Below, in pieces: positions 26,257 through 39,827 of a stretch of 64,000 bases of DNA. The stretch comes from Eledone cirrhosa. Taxonomy: Eukaryota. Each line of letters begins with the position of its first letter. Position 1 is the first letter of the stretch. The notes beneath the pieces are model-generated. The model worked only from the letters and a program-made list of their open reading frames with translations. It was not told the origin of the DNA and made no database searches. The stretch covers positions 49,724,001 to 49,788,000 of the forward strand of contig OZ024742.1 of the NCBI GenBank assembly GCA_964016885.1, given 5' to 3'. The position numbers and the translations under genes are program-made.

Positions 26257-27276
26257 ATATACACATATGATGGTACAATTCTGTCCACCAAAATTCATTC
26301 ATTAAAAAAGTCAATGCTACATTGTAAAACAATTGCCCAAAGAAACATGGAGTGGGATAGAAAGCTGAAATCATGTGTTTGTGATGTTATCTTCTTAACC
26401 ACATGACTATGTCTACAGCTACAGTGCATTGATTTTTCTTTTGTTTTTTTGTTTTTTTTTATGTAGACTTTCCTCTTCTCATATTTCGAAAAACACATTT
26501 ATCACTAGGAGTTTGAGTTGGATAAATTTACTTACTGTTCTGTTTACCAGCAAAACATAAATTTGTAGATATGATGTCTTTTAAGTTATAAATATAACAA
26601 AAGGCTATTATTTCACAACCTTTAATAATTTATACATAAATATTATTAAAGGGTTTCGTGTAATATAAACCTATTAACTTGATTTGGTTAAAATTTGGTT
26701 CACACAGACATTTTTTTTATAATTTAGTTGTATCTCATTCCTGATTTCTTCTTTTTTTTTTGTTAATGTGAATAAATTTAGTTTATGGATAATGTATTAA
26801 AATAATGTAATTCTTTGGTATGATTTGAGTTTAGTACTGGGAATAGATAAATATGTTCATTGACACTATATCAGTATCATGTAAATAGACTGCCCTTTCT
26901 TTAACACTTTCATTACCATATCAAACATTTTAATAAATTTGATAGTATAACCTTAGAGTAGTAAATTGGCTCAGTGATTACAATGTAGGATAGATTGATT
27001 TGCAGTATTCTGTTCAGATCTCTGCGCTCTGAGTTCAAAGTTTGCCATGGTCAACTTTTCCCTTTATTCTTTCAATGTTGATAAAAATATACCAGACAAG
27101 TCCTGAGGGCGATTTTTCCTCTATAGCTATTTCCAACTTCCTCTCTTTTTCTCTTTCTCTGGAAGAAATCAGTGGTGCTCTGACCTGGAGAGAATAAGGG
27201 CTCTGCCAAGTTTAGAATGCCCAAGAAACAGTTTAATATCACTTCTGTGCCCCTGGTACTTTACCAGGACATATGG

Positions 27277-27914
27277 TTAGAGATAAGAGGGATCAGATGT
27301 TGTTTACTCGAGAGAAGGCTACGTTGGTATGGACACGTGATGCGCATGAAAGTCGATAGCTGTATAACAAAGTGCAGGGCAATAAAGATAGACGGTAGTC
27401 ACGGAATAGGCAGACCTAGAAAAACCTGGGACGAGCTGATAAACTCCGACATCACACACTTACACCTCTCCAAGACAATGTCACTGGACCGAGACCTTTG
27501 GCGGTACTCAGTAACAGAGAAGACCCGCCTTACCTAAATATATAGTAAAACCTACTCCAGCCAGTAGGCATCTCTAACAAAATACACCCCGTCCCACCAC
27601 CCCCACCCCCACCCGATCCACACCACCCCGTTCTATGTAAAGTTATGTTGGTGCCGCGCCATCGAGGCCGAAACAAATGAGATCGTGTAGGTGTCACGAC
27701 AAAAAAACACACAGTCCACGCTGTAATGTGGCCGTGTAGGCAACACGGTAAAAACCTCCCAGACCCACACTGTAAATGTGGTTGGTGTTAGGAAGGGCAT
27801 CCAACTGTAGAAAACCTGCCAGACAGTCCTATGCGAGCAAGACAATCACTCTTGCCTCAAGTGGGACTACCCCCGTCCAAACCCATGCAAGCGTGGAACA
27901 CGGACGTTAAACGT

Positions 27915-27945
<31 letters not shown>
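27277..27945 (+). mobile_element. 5'-truncated RTE LINE family A
   Basis: LEIRGIRCCLLERRLRWYGHVMRM...GRPRKTW...DRDLWR, 3' UTR, (GAT)n. Confidence 0.92.
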
Positions 27946-27946
<1 letters not shown>

Positions 27947-28467
27947 GTTACATATGATACAATTAGTATAACTAAATGTTTCAACTATCCAGCTGTGGCT
28001 TGGAGCAAAACATGAAATTTTCATACATAAAATTATGATGGAAGGTTCTGAGAGAATTACAAACAGTTTAAACTAAATAGCATTATATTGTAAAACCAGG
28101 AATGGATTTTGGTGGTTTGTTATCAAAAGTGTTAAACTCTACTGTAATGTTTATGTCTGAAATAATGAAATATATTGCCATTACTCACCAAGCTGCTACT
28201 AGTAGGATACAAACCTAGTATGTATAATCCTATACATGAAATAGGGTAATACTTTGACTATTCTTACTCAGCAGCTACTGCGATAATACAAACCCATTGT
28301 TCATAACGTTATTCACCTTTTCTGTGCAATTCCATGTAATTTCCAGGCTTGTTATATTGAATCTATCATACTATTTAAACTACACCTTACCATAGGTTCT
28401 TGTTAGAAATAATATTGCTATATTGCACAAAGATCCCCACAAATACATAGTAATTATATATATGAAT

Positions 28468-28505
<38 letters not shown>

Positions 28506-28709
28506 GTGTGTGTGGAGAGAGAGAGCTATGTAAACTCCTGATCCTGACACAGACGCCCTAATTGTTTGGCGCCGTGTCTATGAGTTCATATAATTCTATA
28601 CCCACTCTGGATTTCCCTATGTATTGAGTACTCTCATGATTAGTGGTCTTAGCACTGCAGACTCTCTCTCCCCCCTCTCTCTCTCTCCCTCTATATATAT
28701 ATATATATA

Positions 28710-29340
28710 TCATAATTTAACATCCATGTTCCATGTTAGCATGGATTAGACAGGTCACCCCATTGTGAGACATGCCAAGTCCGATGACCATGACTTGCTC
28801 ATGCAGGACTGGTTTGGGCTTGGTTTCTATGGCTGGATGCCCTTCCTTACACCAACCACATTTACTGTGTGTACTGGGGACTTAGGGGGGGGGGGTGGAC
28901 AGGTAGATCTAGGGGCATGAGTGAGAGGGAAGGGTGTTTAGGCATGGATAGAATTTTAGAATGTGTGAAGGACATGGAAAATTGTGCAGGGTCAGCTTTT
29001 ATCACCTTATCCCAAGTCTGCCTAAGTTTTCATACACCCTAGCTTCCATCAAAACTGAGCACCCTGCACCTTTTTATACAGCTGTCATCCTTCGTATGCA
29101 TCACATTTCCATACCAGCTCACTCTCCTCTCCTACATGCTGTATCTGATTCCTCTTATACCTAGTTTCTCTCTCATGTATGCTTTGACATTCATGTATGT
29201 TACTATTACACATCTTTCGAATCATGGAAGCTTCATTTCTTTCCAATCTTTCTAGATCTTCTGCAGTCAGTGCCTAGGTCTCACTGCCATGCAACTATTC
29301 TGTTTGTATACATACATCATACAATCTGCCCTTCATGTAT
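28710..29340 (-). mobile_element. Older RTE LINE 3' relic
   Basis: Antisense degenerate GRLYD...LHGSET...LERNEA segments and the GGCTGGATGCCCTTCC tail module. Confidence 0.7.
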
Positions 29341-30617
29341 ACATAAAGATTCTTTATTTTCCAACTGTCAAATATTTGACTTTTGCAGTTCTCAGCATTC
29401 GAATTATTCAGATTAATGTATAATAGTTTTTCATATGTCTATATGAAATTTTGTGAGTGCAGATCTCAATTTCGCGACTATATATAACATGTTTTAAAAT
29501 TTTGCATTGGTAAGAGCAAAAGTTTTACATATGTATGGATACCGTCTAACCCATGGTAGCATGGAAAATGGACGTTAAACGAAGATGATGATGATGACAA
29601 GTTCATTTTAACTGCCATACTGCTTTAAGGGGTACAATTTTACTATGTTAAGTATGAAAGAATAGATATTCTTTCTTGTGCGATTGTAAAGTCAGTTTTA
29701 AACATGCCTTATAATTTGATAAGCTGAATGAGAAGTTCCCTTTGAAGTCAGTGCAATGGACGGACTTATTTGTTTCCTGTTGATACTGCCAACTTGATTG
29801 AAGAAAGTATATCATGTGACAACTACTGATGAAGCTGTAAATGGCTTGAGGTTAGTAAAGCTGTTAGTTTCTGTGGTACACTTAATTTATCAAACAATGC
29901 AGAGCTTGTGATAGCTTCTGATGAAGCTCCAAATCACTCGGGGCTTGTAAAGCTGTGCATCCATTTGTATGTCAATGTTCATGCAACCTGTCAAATTCCA
30001 TTTAATCTATGTAGGAAAATGAAAGATGTGTGAGTTGTACAACTCAAATCAAGCTGTAGTCAGTTTGTTGTATGACCGCCAAATGTCTGTAAGTCCGCTA
30101 CTTACAAAATTCCTGCCTATAGGGCTGCATGACTAATCTATAGAGATAGGGTCAGTAAGGTTTTACATGGCTTTTGATAAAAGGGGTGTCATGAACTGGT
30201 TGTAAAAGTTCAAATGTTAAATCTTTTACTCCATTGACAACATGTCTGCCTGCTGACAAGTGACTGGAAAAGTAAAAGAATGAATCAACTCTTTCTTTTG
30301 TCTGTAATAATGCATAGTCTGAGTGAGTTCATTTGTTGTATTAATTTGAATTTTGTCACCATAGTAGTAGTAATGTACTTTTAATCTGGAACATCGATGG
30401 TTCATATCTGTGTCACAAAATGAAAAGAGTATATGTTTTAGCCTCATGCTGTTTTCCTCTGAACTGCAGAGAGTGACCTTCATCATTACTACACTAATAA
30501 ATTGTGATGTAGTACTACCAGTGTTGATTCTGCAGAGAGGCCACAGTTAGACATGGCAGTGATAATTCTGTATAAAAGAAACTTCAAACATAATTCAATA
30601 TACTTATAGTAAAACTG

Positions 30618-30895
30618 AGACACAACAGGTATACACACAATAGAAGCTACACCCAGTAGAAGTTTCACAACAGAAGAGACACATAACAAAATGTATACAT
30701 GGCAGAGCTACACAGGACAGAAGATATACACATGGCAAAAATACACATGACAGAGATACATGCCACAGAGATATACAGAAGCTAAACACAACAAAGTTAT
30801 ACACAACATAAGATGAACTCAAGATAAGATATAAACAACAAATGCTACACATAACAGAAGATATATATAGCAGAGATATACATAATAAAAGCTAC
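30618..30895. repeat. Degenerate ~15-17-bp minisatellite
   Basis: Recurring ACACAACAGAAG(A/C)TA-like units. Confidence 0.6.
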
Positions 30896-31807
30896 TTAAA
30901 AAGGTCGTCTGATGATGCTGTATGAAGAAAAATGTAATACTGCCAAGAATTCATAATAATCATTCTACAGTGTACTGACACCTTTCAAAGAAAATCACCT
31001 TAAAGTTATATTTATAAAATCTAATTGTGGCTGATTAACTCCTGTTAATTTATTAGTTAAATGAGTGAGTGTGCTGTACCATATATTGACAGCTGTTTAA
31101 TTAGGTGTAAAGTTATATTAATTCAGTCAAGAACATTAATTCAATTCAAGTTAATGTCTTATATATGTACAATCAAATTGTTTTCAGAATCAGTTATTAT
31201 GTGTGAAACTTTATCATAGTATCAACGTAACAATGTTCTGCATAAGCATAAGTTAGGTAAACAAAAGGGGGTCACACACACAGATGCACAATCTGGAACA
31301 CACACCTTCACAAAAAACCCACACACGCGTTTGAAAAACACACATACTTAGTCACAAAAGCACATATACGCTTGTGTTCACTCATGAAACAATAAATATA
31401 TTTAACATCAGTTATGACAAGTATTCCAGTTCTTTTGAGGGCAATACCGACTCATTGTGTTAGTAAAGGGCTGAGTATTTCTCGAACAGGAGTATTATTG
31501 ATATAATACTGAAGCAGAATTATGAGAACACACAGTGAGACATGGCTAAAGCTGTACACATACAAATTCATACATATAGATTTTCACACACACATGCACA
31601 TGAAAAATACCCGAATGATATATTTATTTACAGTGCCTGCTTGGGTAGAGTAATTGAGAGATTAAAGTTTTCAAAGTACCATAGTTTATATTTTCTATGT
31701 CTTGAATAGGCTCAATAATTGCTTACATCTAAAGGTGTTGTACGAACTCTGTTGTACGACCTAAACATAATTTAAGTACCAAGAAAATTTGGTTTAATAT
31801 GTGGCTT

Positions 31808-31845
<38 letters not shown>

Positions 31846-32689
31846 CATTATTTTTAGTGCTATTTACACAGTTGCTTAAAGCACATAAATGTGATATATC
31901 ATCCAAATACCTTAAGCTTAATGTCTCTCATTGAAGCTGAGAAATCCCTTTATTGAGTATTGCTGTGAAGTTAAATATTTTCAATGTTTTGTAACTTTTA
32001 TTTGAACTCTCTTTATGTAGCAGTTTTCAAACTTTGAACACCCTAATCTCATTTGTTCATGTTGCAGGAATAACTTTTACAAATAGATAACGTTAAGCTT
32101 CTCCTTCAACATTAAAGAAAACCAATCCTATAAAATGCTACCGATTTATCTGATGTTAAATTTGTCATTTTCTGACATCCAAATAGCAATGTGATACGAT
32201 GATGATTTCGTATTGGCTGCATACTACAGTAACAAAGTTGCTTATAGTTCAGAGTTAACATTGATTTTAGCCATTTACTCTAATGGGGTAGATAGTATAA
32301 GTATTACTAATCAATAGATTCATGTGAGCCAAGTATAATGTCCTCACCTCCCATACATAATCCCATATATTGGAAAGAAAACATTTTACATGAAATCTGT
32401 TACTGACTGTGATATCATCTGTTGCCATGAGTGATACATTGTAGTAGAATATTAATAATCTCAGTCCTCTAGGACAATTAATAACGATTTGTAGCGTGGG
32501 GGACATAAGGCCACAAACTTTATGAAAGGTTTATACTTGACTTTTCTACAACTTTATTTCTTGTATGATAGTAATTTCATTGGTCCAGCAATTTTAACTC
32601 AAACTACACAAATAAATAACTATACACTGCATCGTATTTTATCTAATGCTCTAATGATCCAACCATCCACTATCCTCAACAACAACAAC

Positions 32690-34110
32690 AACAATTAAGA
32701 AAACATTAAGGATGGTACAGTGTGGGTTTTGGCATGTAAAATTGTTTTTAACAAAGTCAAGGAGAGCATCTAAAGATTTAAGCAAAATAAAATCCACAAT
32801 AATGGGTGGGGATTTTCGAGGGTCACACATGGAGAAACCCCACAAAACTCCATTGTCACCCAGAACGCTAGGGCAAATGTCCTCTCCCTGTCTTCTGCGT
32901 CCAATTTATATGTGCATACTCAGAGCAGGCCCATTCACTCAGGCCATGCTCACCTAGCTCACCAACCTTTCAACAAACTGCTTGCAAGTCACCACTTTTC
33001 TCTCTACCTGGATTTTCCTGTTCAAGTGAAACCTGAAAAAGTTTATCGAGGCATTGTCAAAGAGGAAAGTGTTTGTCTTTAACTGTTTGAGATGTGTCAA
33101 CCACACCACCTCCTTGCCATGGCCACCAGACAGATCAAAATTACCTGCCCTTCCTGTTTGAAGAAAGGCAGTGGGGAATATTCTGAATGGATTGTACTGA
33201 TAGCTGGATCCACCCTATACAGAAGAGTAGGTGTTCAATATAAAACCATGCCAGCAATATTTGGACACTTGATGAGTGCATGCAGGATGGTTTTGTCCCT
33301 CTACATGCATATTGGTTGGGCCCAGTTGATGGCACTTCCAGGTCTGTACAGTTTTCCTTGAATTGACAATGCTCCTCAGTAGCACTGCCGGCCAGGAATT
33401 TCTGGAAAGTATCCATGGGGCCTAAACTGCAAGTTCTCTGGGAAAATTTACTAGTTGATTATCATCAATGCCCAGAATCTTCCAAGAATGTTGTCAATTT
33501 CCCCCTCCACTAACCCTCTATAGAATGCTATGGTGGAGTCCCAGCTGATTGTACTATTCAATTGTCAGATGGCTGTGAATGCTTGAAGACATTCCAATTT
33601 CCAAGGTTTTCCTATTGGTCTTCTATGGTGAAGATATCGGCATATACTGACACATATCTCCCACATCCTATTTCACATAAGATGCCCCTCAATGTTTCCA
33701 ATTTGTGTAGTAATGGCTCAAGAGTCAATACATACGAAACTGACAAGAGGGGACAACCTAGGTGGACTAAATACATGATGTTGAACAGTTCCGAAAAGTA
33801 ACCTTTCACTCTAACCACAGAGCAGATGTCGTTATGCATTGCAGTGATCCAGCCTCTGAAAATGGACCTGAAGTCAGCTACCTTGAGTACTCTTGCCAGG
33901 TAGTGATGGTTGCCCTCAATCTAAAGCTTTCAATTGATCTAAGTTGATCAGGGCCAGACCCATGCTAGGTTTCTTAGCCACCCTCTCTATGATGTATCAC
34001 ATGAAGTGGAGGTTGTCATGGATGGATCTGTTTGAGATTCCACATGTTTGTGCCTCCTTACCAGACCACCAATTACAAGCACCAACCTTGTCATTAACGC
34101 GACCGTCAAC
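32690..34110 (-). mobile_element. Decayed Tx1/L1-type LINE (RT and 3' region), related to 21619-22608
   Basis: Minus strand LGCPLLSVSYVLTLEPLL (QGCPLSP-like) and VSVYADI (YADD-like); 33000-33420 resembles the reverse complement of 21840-22300. Confidence 0.7.
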
Positions 34111-34519
34111 ATTTTAAACTCTGCATTTATTTTATCGACCTCATGAGGATGAAAGGCAAAGCTAATTTCGGCTGAATTTGAACTCAGAACATAAAGGGCC
34201 ATAACTTAATGCCATGAGGCATTCTGCCAATCGACAATAATAGTTTCTTGAACTCTTTTATTTGCTTTGAGAGCCTAAGATAATAGTGATAATACAAGGA
34301 AATAAACACAGCACAGGGTAAAACTCTAGGGAGAAAACTCACAAACTGCAGAGTAATCTGTTACCTCTAGAGCATTGAAACTGCCCTCTCCCAATTCCTT
34401 TCCTTCTCCTGAGAAAATAATATTCAAATTTGGCCTGACCAGCCTTACAAATCTCACTGTATTCCTCCATCTTTCATGAAACAGATGAGAAGGCAAACAA
34501 TGATACTAATAGTAGTAAT

Positions 34520-34915
34520 AATAATTGTTTCTACTTTAGGCACAAGGCCAGCAATTAACCAGTGCATTACTGGTACTTTATTTTATCGACCCCGTAAGGA
34601 TGAAAGGCAAAGTCAACCTCGGTGGGATGTGAACTCAGATCGTAAAGGGACGTAACTATGCCTGGAAAGCATGGCGTCCAACCTGCTTTCCAGCATAGTA
34701 ATAATAATAATTTCTAATTTAGGTACAGGGTCAATATTTTGAGTAGAGAGAGAAAAGTCAATAAGATTGACCCCAGTATTTCATTGATACTTACTTTTGT
34801 TGACCTTGGAAAGACGAAAGTCAAAATTGACTTCAGCATGATTTGAACTCAGAATGTAAAGAGCCACAACAAATACTACAGGGTATTTTCCCAACATTTT
34901 AATGATTGTGCTAAT
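34520..34915 (-). mobile_element. Two tandem SINE family B-type copies (another partial copy at 34120-34235)
   Basis: AATTGTTTCTACTTTAGGCACAAGGCC...TATCGACCCCGTAAGGATGAAAGGC...GAACTCAGA; each copy preceded by (AAT)n. Confidence 0.8.
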
Positions 34916-35504
34916 AACAACAACAACGATAATAAGATGTATTATTTTAAATATTTTTTTAATGTAAAAATATTTGTTTCTAATATTTCACGTGATTCAA
35001 GCATTAGAGGTTTTTATGGCTGTGTATCAGAGATGAATGCAATTTAATTAAAAACATAAAATAAAAATGCAATAATAAAAATAATAGATAACTTTTGAAT
35101 TTGTTTGTATAGAAATCTATTTCCTTGCTTTTATTAAACATAACACACTGAGAAGAATAAAATAATTTTAGAAGCTACTACTTCCATTGAGTTTACTTTT
35201 TAAATCTCCTGTAAGCAACTGGAGTTTGCAATTAATTTCCCTCCACAGGCTGTTGGAACTATATGTAAACCAAAATATTTGTGTGTTTTTCTGTTTGATT
35301 CTTATATGGAATCAAAAGCAATTCCCTTGATAAATGTAATAGCAGAACAGCCTATGGGTTGAACTAGAGCTAGCTCATCTATATCAATCTTATTCATTTT
35401 CAGTATCTTATTGTTTCCAAATATATACGATTTCTCAGTTTAACAGTATCAGCATATATTTATGAGCGTATGTTTCACTACCAACCACCACTGCCACACA
35501 TGTT

Positions 35505-35640
35505 GCTATCATCATCATCACCATTATCATCATCACAGTCATCATTACCACTATCATCATTACCATTATCATCATCACAACCATTATCATCACTACCATC
35601 ATCATCACCATTATCATCATCACGTTTATCATCATCATTG
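35505..35640. repeat. Cryptic (CAT/TAT/CAC)n trinucleotide repeat
   Basis: Directly visible; explains the His-rich and Met-rich ORFs. Confidence 0.9.
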
Positions 35641-36080
35641 TTGCTTTGCTTCATTTAAAGTTGAAACAGCTAAATGGAGAAAGTGCCTCAGAGAATATCT
35701 AACCCATTGAACTGTTCTGCTGGCTCTCTGCTACACCACTAAATCTGCCATGGTGCAATGACTTGGCTGGAAATCAGATAAGTAAGAGAGGTAGATAGAT
35801 AGCTAGATAAAAGTAAATACAAAAATAGATAGAGAGAGAGAGAATAGATGGCAAATAGACTGAGAGGAAGATATGTAGATAGAGAGAGAGTGAGAGGTTG
35901 GGTGGAAGCATTAAACTAGATTGGAATTAATAAATATTTTTCTGGTTCCTCTATATCATATACGAAATCTGCATTTATAGAAGATGTATGAGTGTGCACA
36001 TTGTTAAATATATATAGTTCTATGCAAAGAGATAAATATGTTTATGGTAACTAAAATAATTTTATATTTTATCTTTATGC

Positions 36081-36122
<42 letters not shown>

Positions 36123-36127
<5 letters not shown>

Positions 36128-36199
36128 AAAATGTTCAAGACCTCGACAGCAGAGCTCAAAGTTTGAGCTCTTCCGTTGGGGTCTTGAACATTTTCCTAT
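36123..36199. repeat. 77-nt near-perfect palindrome abutting (TA)n
   Basis: ATAGGAAAATGTTCAAGACC...GAGCTCAAA-G-TTTGAGCTC...GGTCTTGAACATTTTCCTAT. Confidence 0.85.
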
Positions 36200-36685
36200 T
36201 ACCCACTCTACTACCCAAAGTATTTAATACTCTGGTGCATTATGGTCCACCTGGTTCCTTTACCACACTTCCTTCGTTATATATATGTGTTTGTGCATGC
36301 ATAAATATATGTATGTGTGTGATAGAGAAATATGTTTGTGTGTGATAGAGATATATGAACCCCACATACATTTATGGCATCAATGTTATTGTCCAGATAA
36401 TTCTAAGCTGACGTTGGGTAGGCTTGCATATTTTTCCCATATTTATTTTGCAATTCCTAGCACATTGTTGCCATATTATTTTACAAACTTGTTTCAAATG
36501 AACATTAAATTGTTGGATATGCATTACTCTTTTATCTCTTCTGGCAGAATGACTGAGGCCACAATGGGGCACTGCTACGAAAGAAGCACTGTGTAAATTG
36601 TATTCAAATTAATATTTGTAATAGTGTTTGTCAATGGAAAACTCTATCAAAAAATAAAAATAAAATATAACTCTTGAAATACCAA

Positions 36686-37255
36686 ATAATTGTTTCAACT
36701 TTTAGCACAAGGCCAGCAATTATCCTAGTGCATTACTAGTGCTTTGTTTTATCGACCCCGTAAAGAGGAAAGGCAAAGCTAACCTCGGCGGAATTTGAAC
36801 TTAGAACGTAAAGGGTCAAAACTCTATACTGCTAAGCGTCGTGTCTGATGCTTTGCCGATACTGCCAATCCCAAATAATTGTTTCTACTTTTGGCACAAG
36901 GCCAGTAATTATTCCAGTGTATTACTGGTACTTTATTTTATCGACTCCGTAAAGGATGAAAGGCAAAGTTAACCTCGGTGGGATTTGAACTCAGACAATA
37001 AAGGGACGTAACTCTTTGCTGCAAAGCATGGTGTCAGACCCTCTACCAATACTGCCAATCCATCAAATTTGGACTCAAGGCCAGCATTTTGTGGGGGGTC
37101 TATTATAACACACCCATGGTACATTATTTTATCATCCACATAAGGTCAAAATTTAAAGTTGAGCTCAATGGGATTTGAACCTAGAATACAAAGAGCTGTA
37201 ATGGAATATAGTAAAGTATGTTACCCATTGCTTTTACAATTTTGCCAATCCTCTG
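36686..37255 (-). mobile_element. Three tandem SINE family B-type copies
   Basis: AATAATTGTTTC...GCACAAGGCCAG...TCGACCCCGTAA...GGCAAAG...TTTGAAC...ACTGCCAATCC at ~36686 and ~36876, plus a more decayed copy at ~37070. Confidence 0.8.
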
Positions 37256-39365
37256 CTTTTTGAAACCCCAAATGAAGAAAAATAACATCCACATGAATTC
37301 CGACATTGTCTGTAATGATACTTCCTAACTTTGCTAACAGTGAAACTGGACATTAAATGATGATGATGATAATGTTTATGTACTTTAACAGTGATTTGTT
37401 AGATTTTATATATTTGAAGAAGTGAAATATGTATGTCAATGTTCCTGAAAGCAACAGAATAAACAACATTTTACATCAGCTGACAAGTATAATAGTATTG
37501 AAGTGATGAGTGATGAAGAGGAAGGAGTTTGCGTCTTAGTTATTATTAATTTTACTACTAAAAGCAGCAATTTTATTATACATCAGGGAAGAAACATAGT
37601 TGTCGGGAGGTCAGATAAATCAGAAATTTAGATATTTCCATTCATTACACTATCAATAAACTGCTGCTACATATTTCATTTTGTTTATATATTTATTATT
37701 TATATTTTTATTCTCTATCCTTTACTATTTTTGTTACAGCCATCTATTCAAATATATTTTACATATTTTTAATGCTTTGAAAATCATATAATATTAGAGT
37801 TTTCATATGTTCCTGTATAAATGGCACTGTTGATTATGTTTGAAGGAATATATTCAATTTTTAGGTTTTGAAACTGATTCATTCAACTTATAATAGCCCC
37901 ACTTTATTCATCCCATGCCTATTAAATTTTATAGTATCAGCTGCGCTATTCTTTCTCACCAGAGAATATTTGGTAGAAAGCATCTGCAGCTTCAACCTGT
38001 TTCTATTGAATGGATTTATTTTACAAGGAAGAGAATGTAAACAGAATGATTCAACATCTTGAAGGTTCTACAACTGTATGCAAAATGGTTACTTATAAAC
38101 TTTCTATATTTTTTTCTTTTGGTCACCAAATGTAAAACGACAGGAACAACCTTGAGCACATATACTTGTGATTAGTATTAAAAAGATGCGTTGATCCTCT
38201 GAAAATTAATACAGAGTGCCCTATATACAGCATATAAGATAAAGAGGTCTTGTGTTGTAACAAACTTTATCTGCTATTTCCCAAGTGTCCGGCCAATTCT
38301 TCTTTTCACCGGTCACTGTTGAGACCTCAGGCATCCTCAGACCCAATACTATTAAGCTCCTCCTCAAAATCGGAACATCAGCAGCCCATCTGAGGTAGGG
38401 TGGATGTTGCAGCAGGTGTTGCTGGCCATTGTCAGCAGAGATACTTTTGCTGTTTTACTGCAGGGCGCAGCCGGGATACCACCCTAAACAGAGAGCCCAT
38501 CCCCCTCCTTTTCTTCCCTGGTCCAATAGTCCTTCCTTTTTCCTTCCCTTTCCTATCATTTATGCTATTTATAGTCCTTTCCTCTACTTTCCTATATAGC
38601 CAGATCTGCCTTTATTTAGCTCTTCCCCCTCTTTTCATTACTTAATTTTGTTTTTATTTTTATTTTTCATATTTCCATCATTGTATAACTTCTTTTTGTA
38701 AAATATAGTTGAGGTAATAAAAATGTTGTTATAAATGAATAGAATATGAGATCATATGAGATGTGTGCCCCGGTCCTATCTGAGCACTCAGTAAAGTGGT
38801 GGAATGTATATAAGCAAGATACTGACCCCCCTCCCACCCCCAGACTATCTAAGAGGTCAGTTGCTCAGCTTGAACTTGTGCTTGTGACAACCCACCCAAT
38901 CTTTGCTAGCAAAGAAAATGGGCATTAGATGATGATGATAGTAGTGGTGGTATTGCTGCTGGTTCTGATTGAGGTGATGTTGTTGGTAGTTGTGGTAGCA
39001 GTGAGTCTGGTTGTGATAGTACATATGTAAGACTCCCTGTAAAGTTTTCCATTGAGATTATAATGACAGATATTTTGACAACTTGAAATGAGAAACGAAC
39101 CATCTGATTTCATCTTCCGTCTTACTTCCCAGGATTAATTATCTCTAATTTTCAAATTGTCCAAAGTAAGGATGTACTATGAATACAATTCTTGTTAGAC
39201 AATACCCCCCCTCTCTCTCTCTCTCTTGTAGTATTCATTTAGTTTAGCAGCATTTTTGTTGTATGTTCACATTATTCCCATGGTTATGTTGTTTGCAGTA
39301 GCTTACAAATTCTAATTTACCTGTAATATTGCTAAAACTATCTTTAAATTTCAAGTTTATGACTA

Positions 39366-39810
39366 AATAATAATAATAATAATTGTTTCTACTTTTGGCA
39401 CAAGGCCAGCAATTACCCAGTACATTACTGGTACTTTATTTTATCGACCCCGTAAGGATGAAAGGCAAAGTTAACCTCGGCGGGATTTGAACTCAGACCG
39501 TAAAGGGACGTAACTATGCTGGAAAGCATGGCGTCCGACTCTCTACTGATACTGCCAATCCACCGCCTGATATATATATAATAATAATAATGGTGTCTAC
39601 TTTAGGCACAAGGCCAGCAATTTTGGGGGAGGGGAAAGTTGATTAACTCAACTCCAGTGCATTATTGGTACTTTATTTTATCAACCCCCCTAATGATGAA
39701 AGGCAAAGCTAACCTCGACAGGATTTGAACCCAGAACCTAAATAGCCGTAACTCTATCCTGTAAACATGTTGTCCAGAGCTCTACTGATACTACCAATCC
39801 GCCAACCTAT
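39366..39810 (-). mobile_element. Two tandem SINE family B copies with (ATT)n tails
   Basis: Full copy 39380-39568 and a variant at 39590-39807. Confidence 0.85.
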
Positions 39811-39827
39811 GATGATGATAATAATAA

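Noticed and set aside
30226-30486. 86-aa minus-strand ORF in unique sequence (similarly 63406-63609)
   Set aside because: No recognisable domain or consistent splice signals; length is within chance expectation.
30618-30895. CRISPR-like periodicity
   Set aside because: Degenerate tandem units without unique spacers, no cas genes, eukaryotic context.
37963-38090. Good acceptor (TTCTTTCTCACCAG) suggesting an exon
   Set aside because: Frames close before any convincing donor and there is no recognisable peptide.
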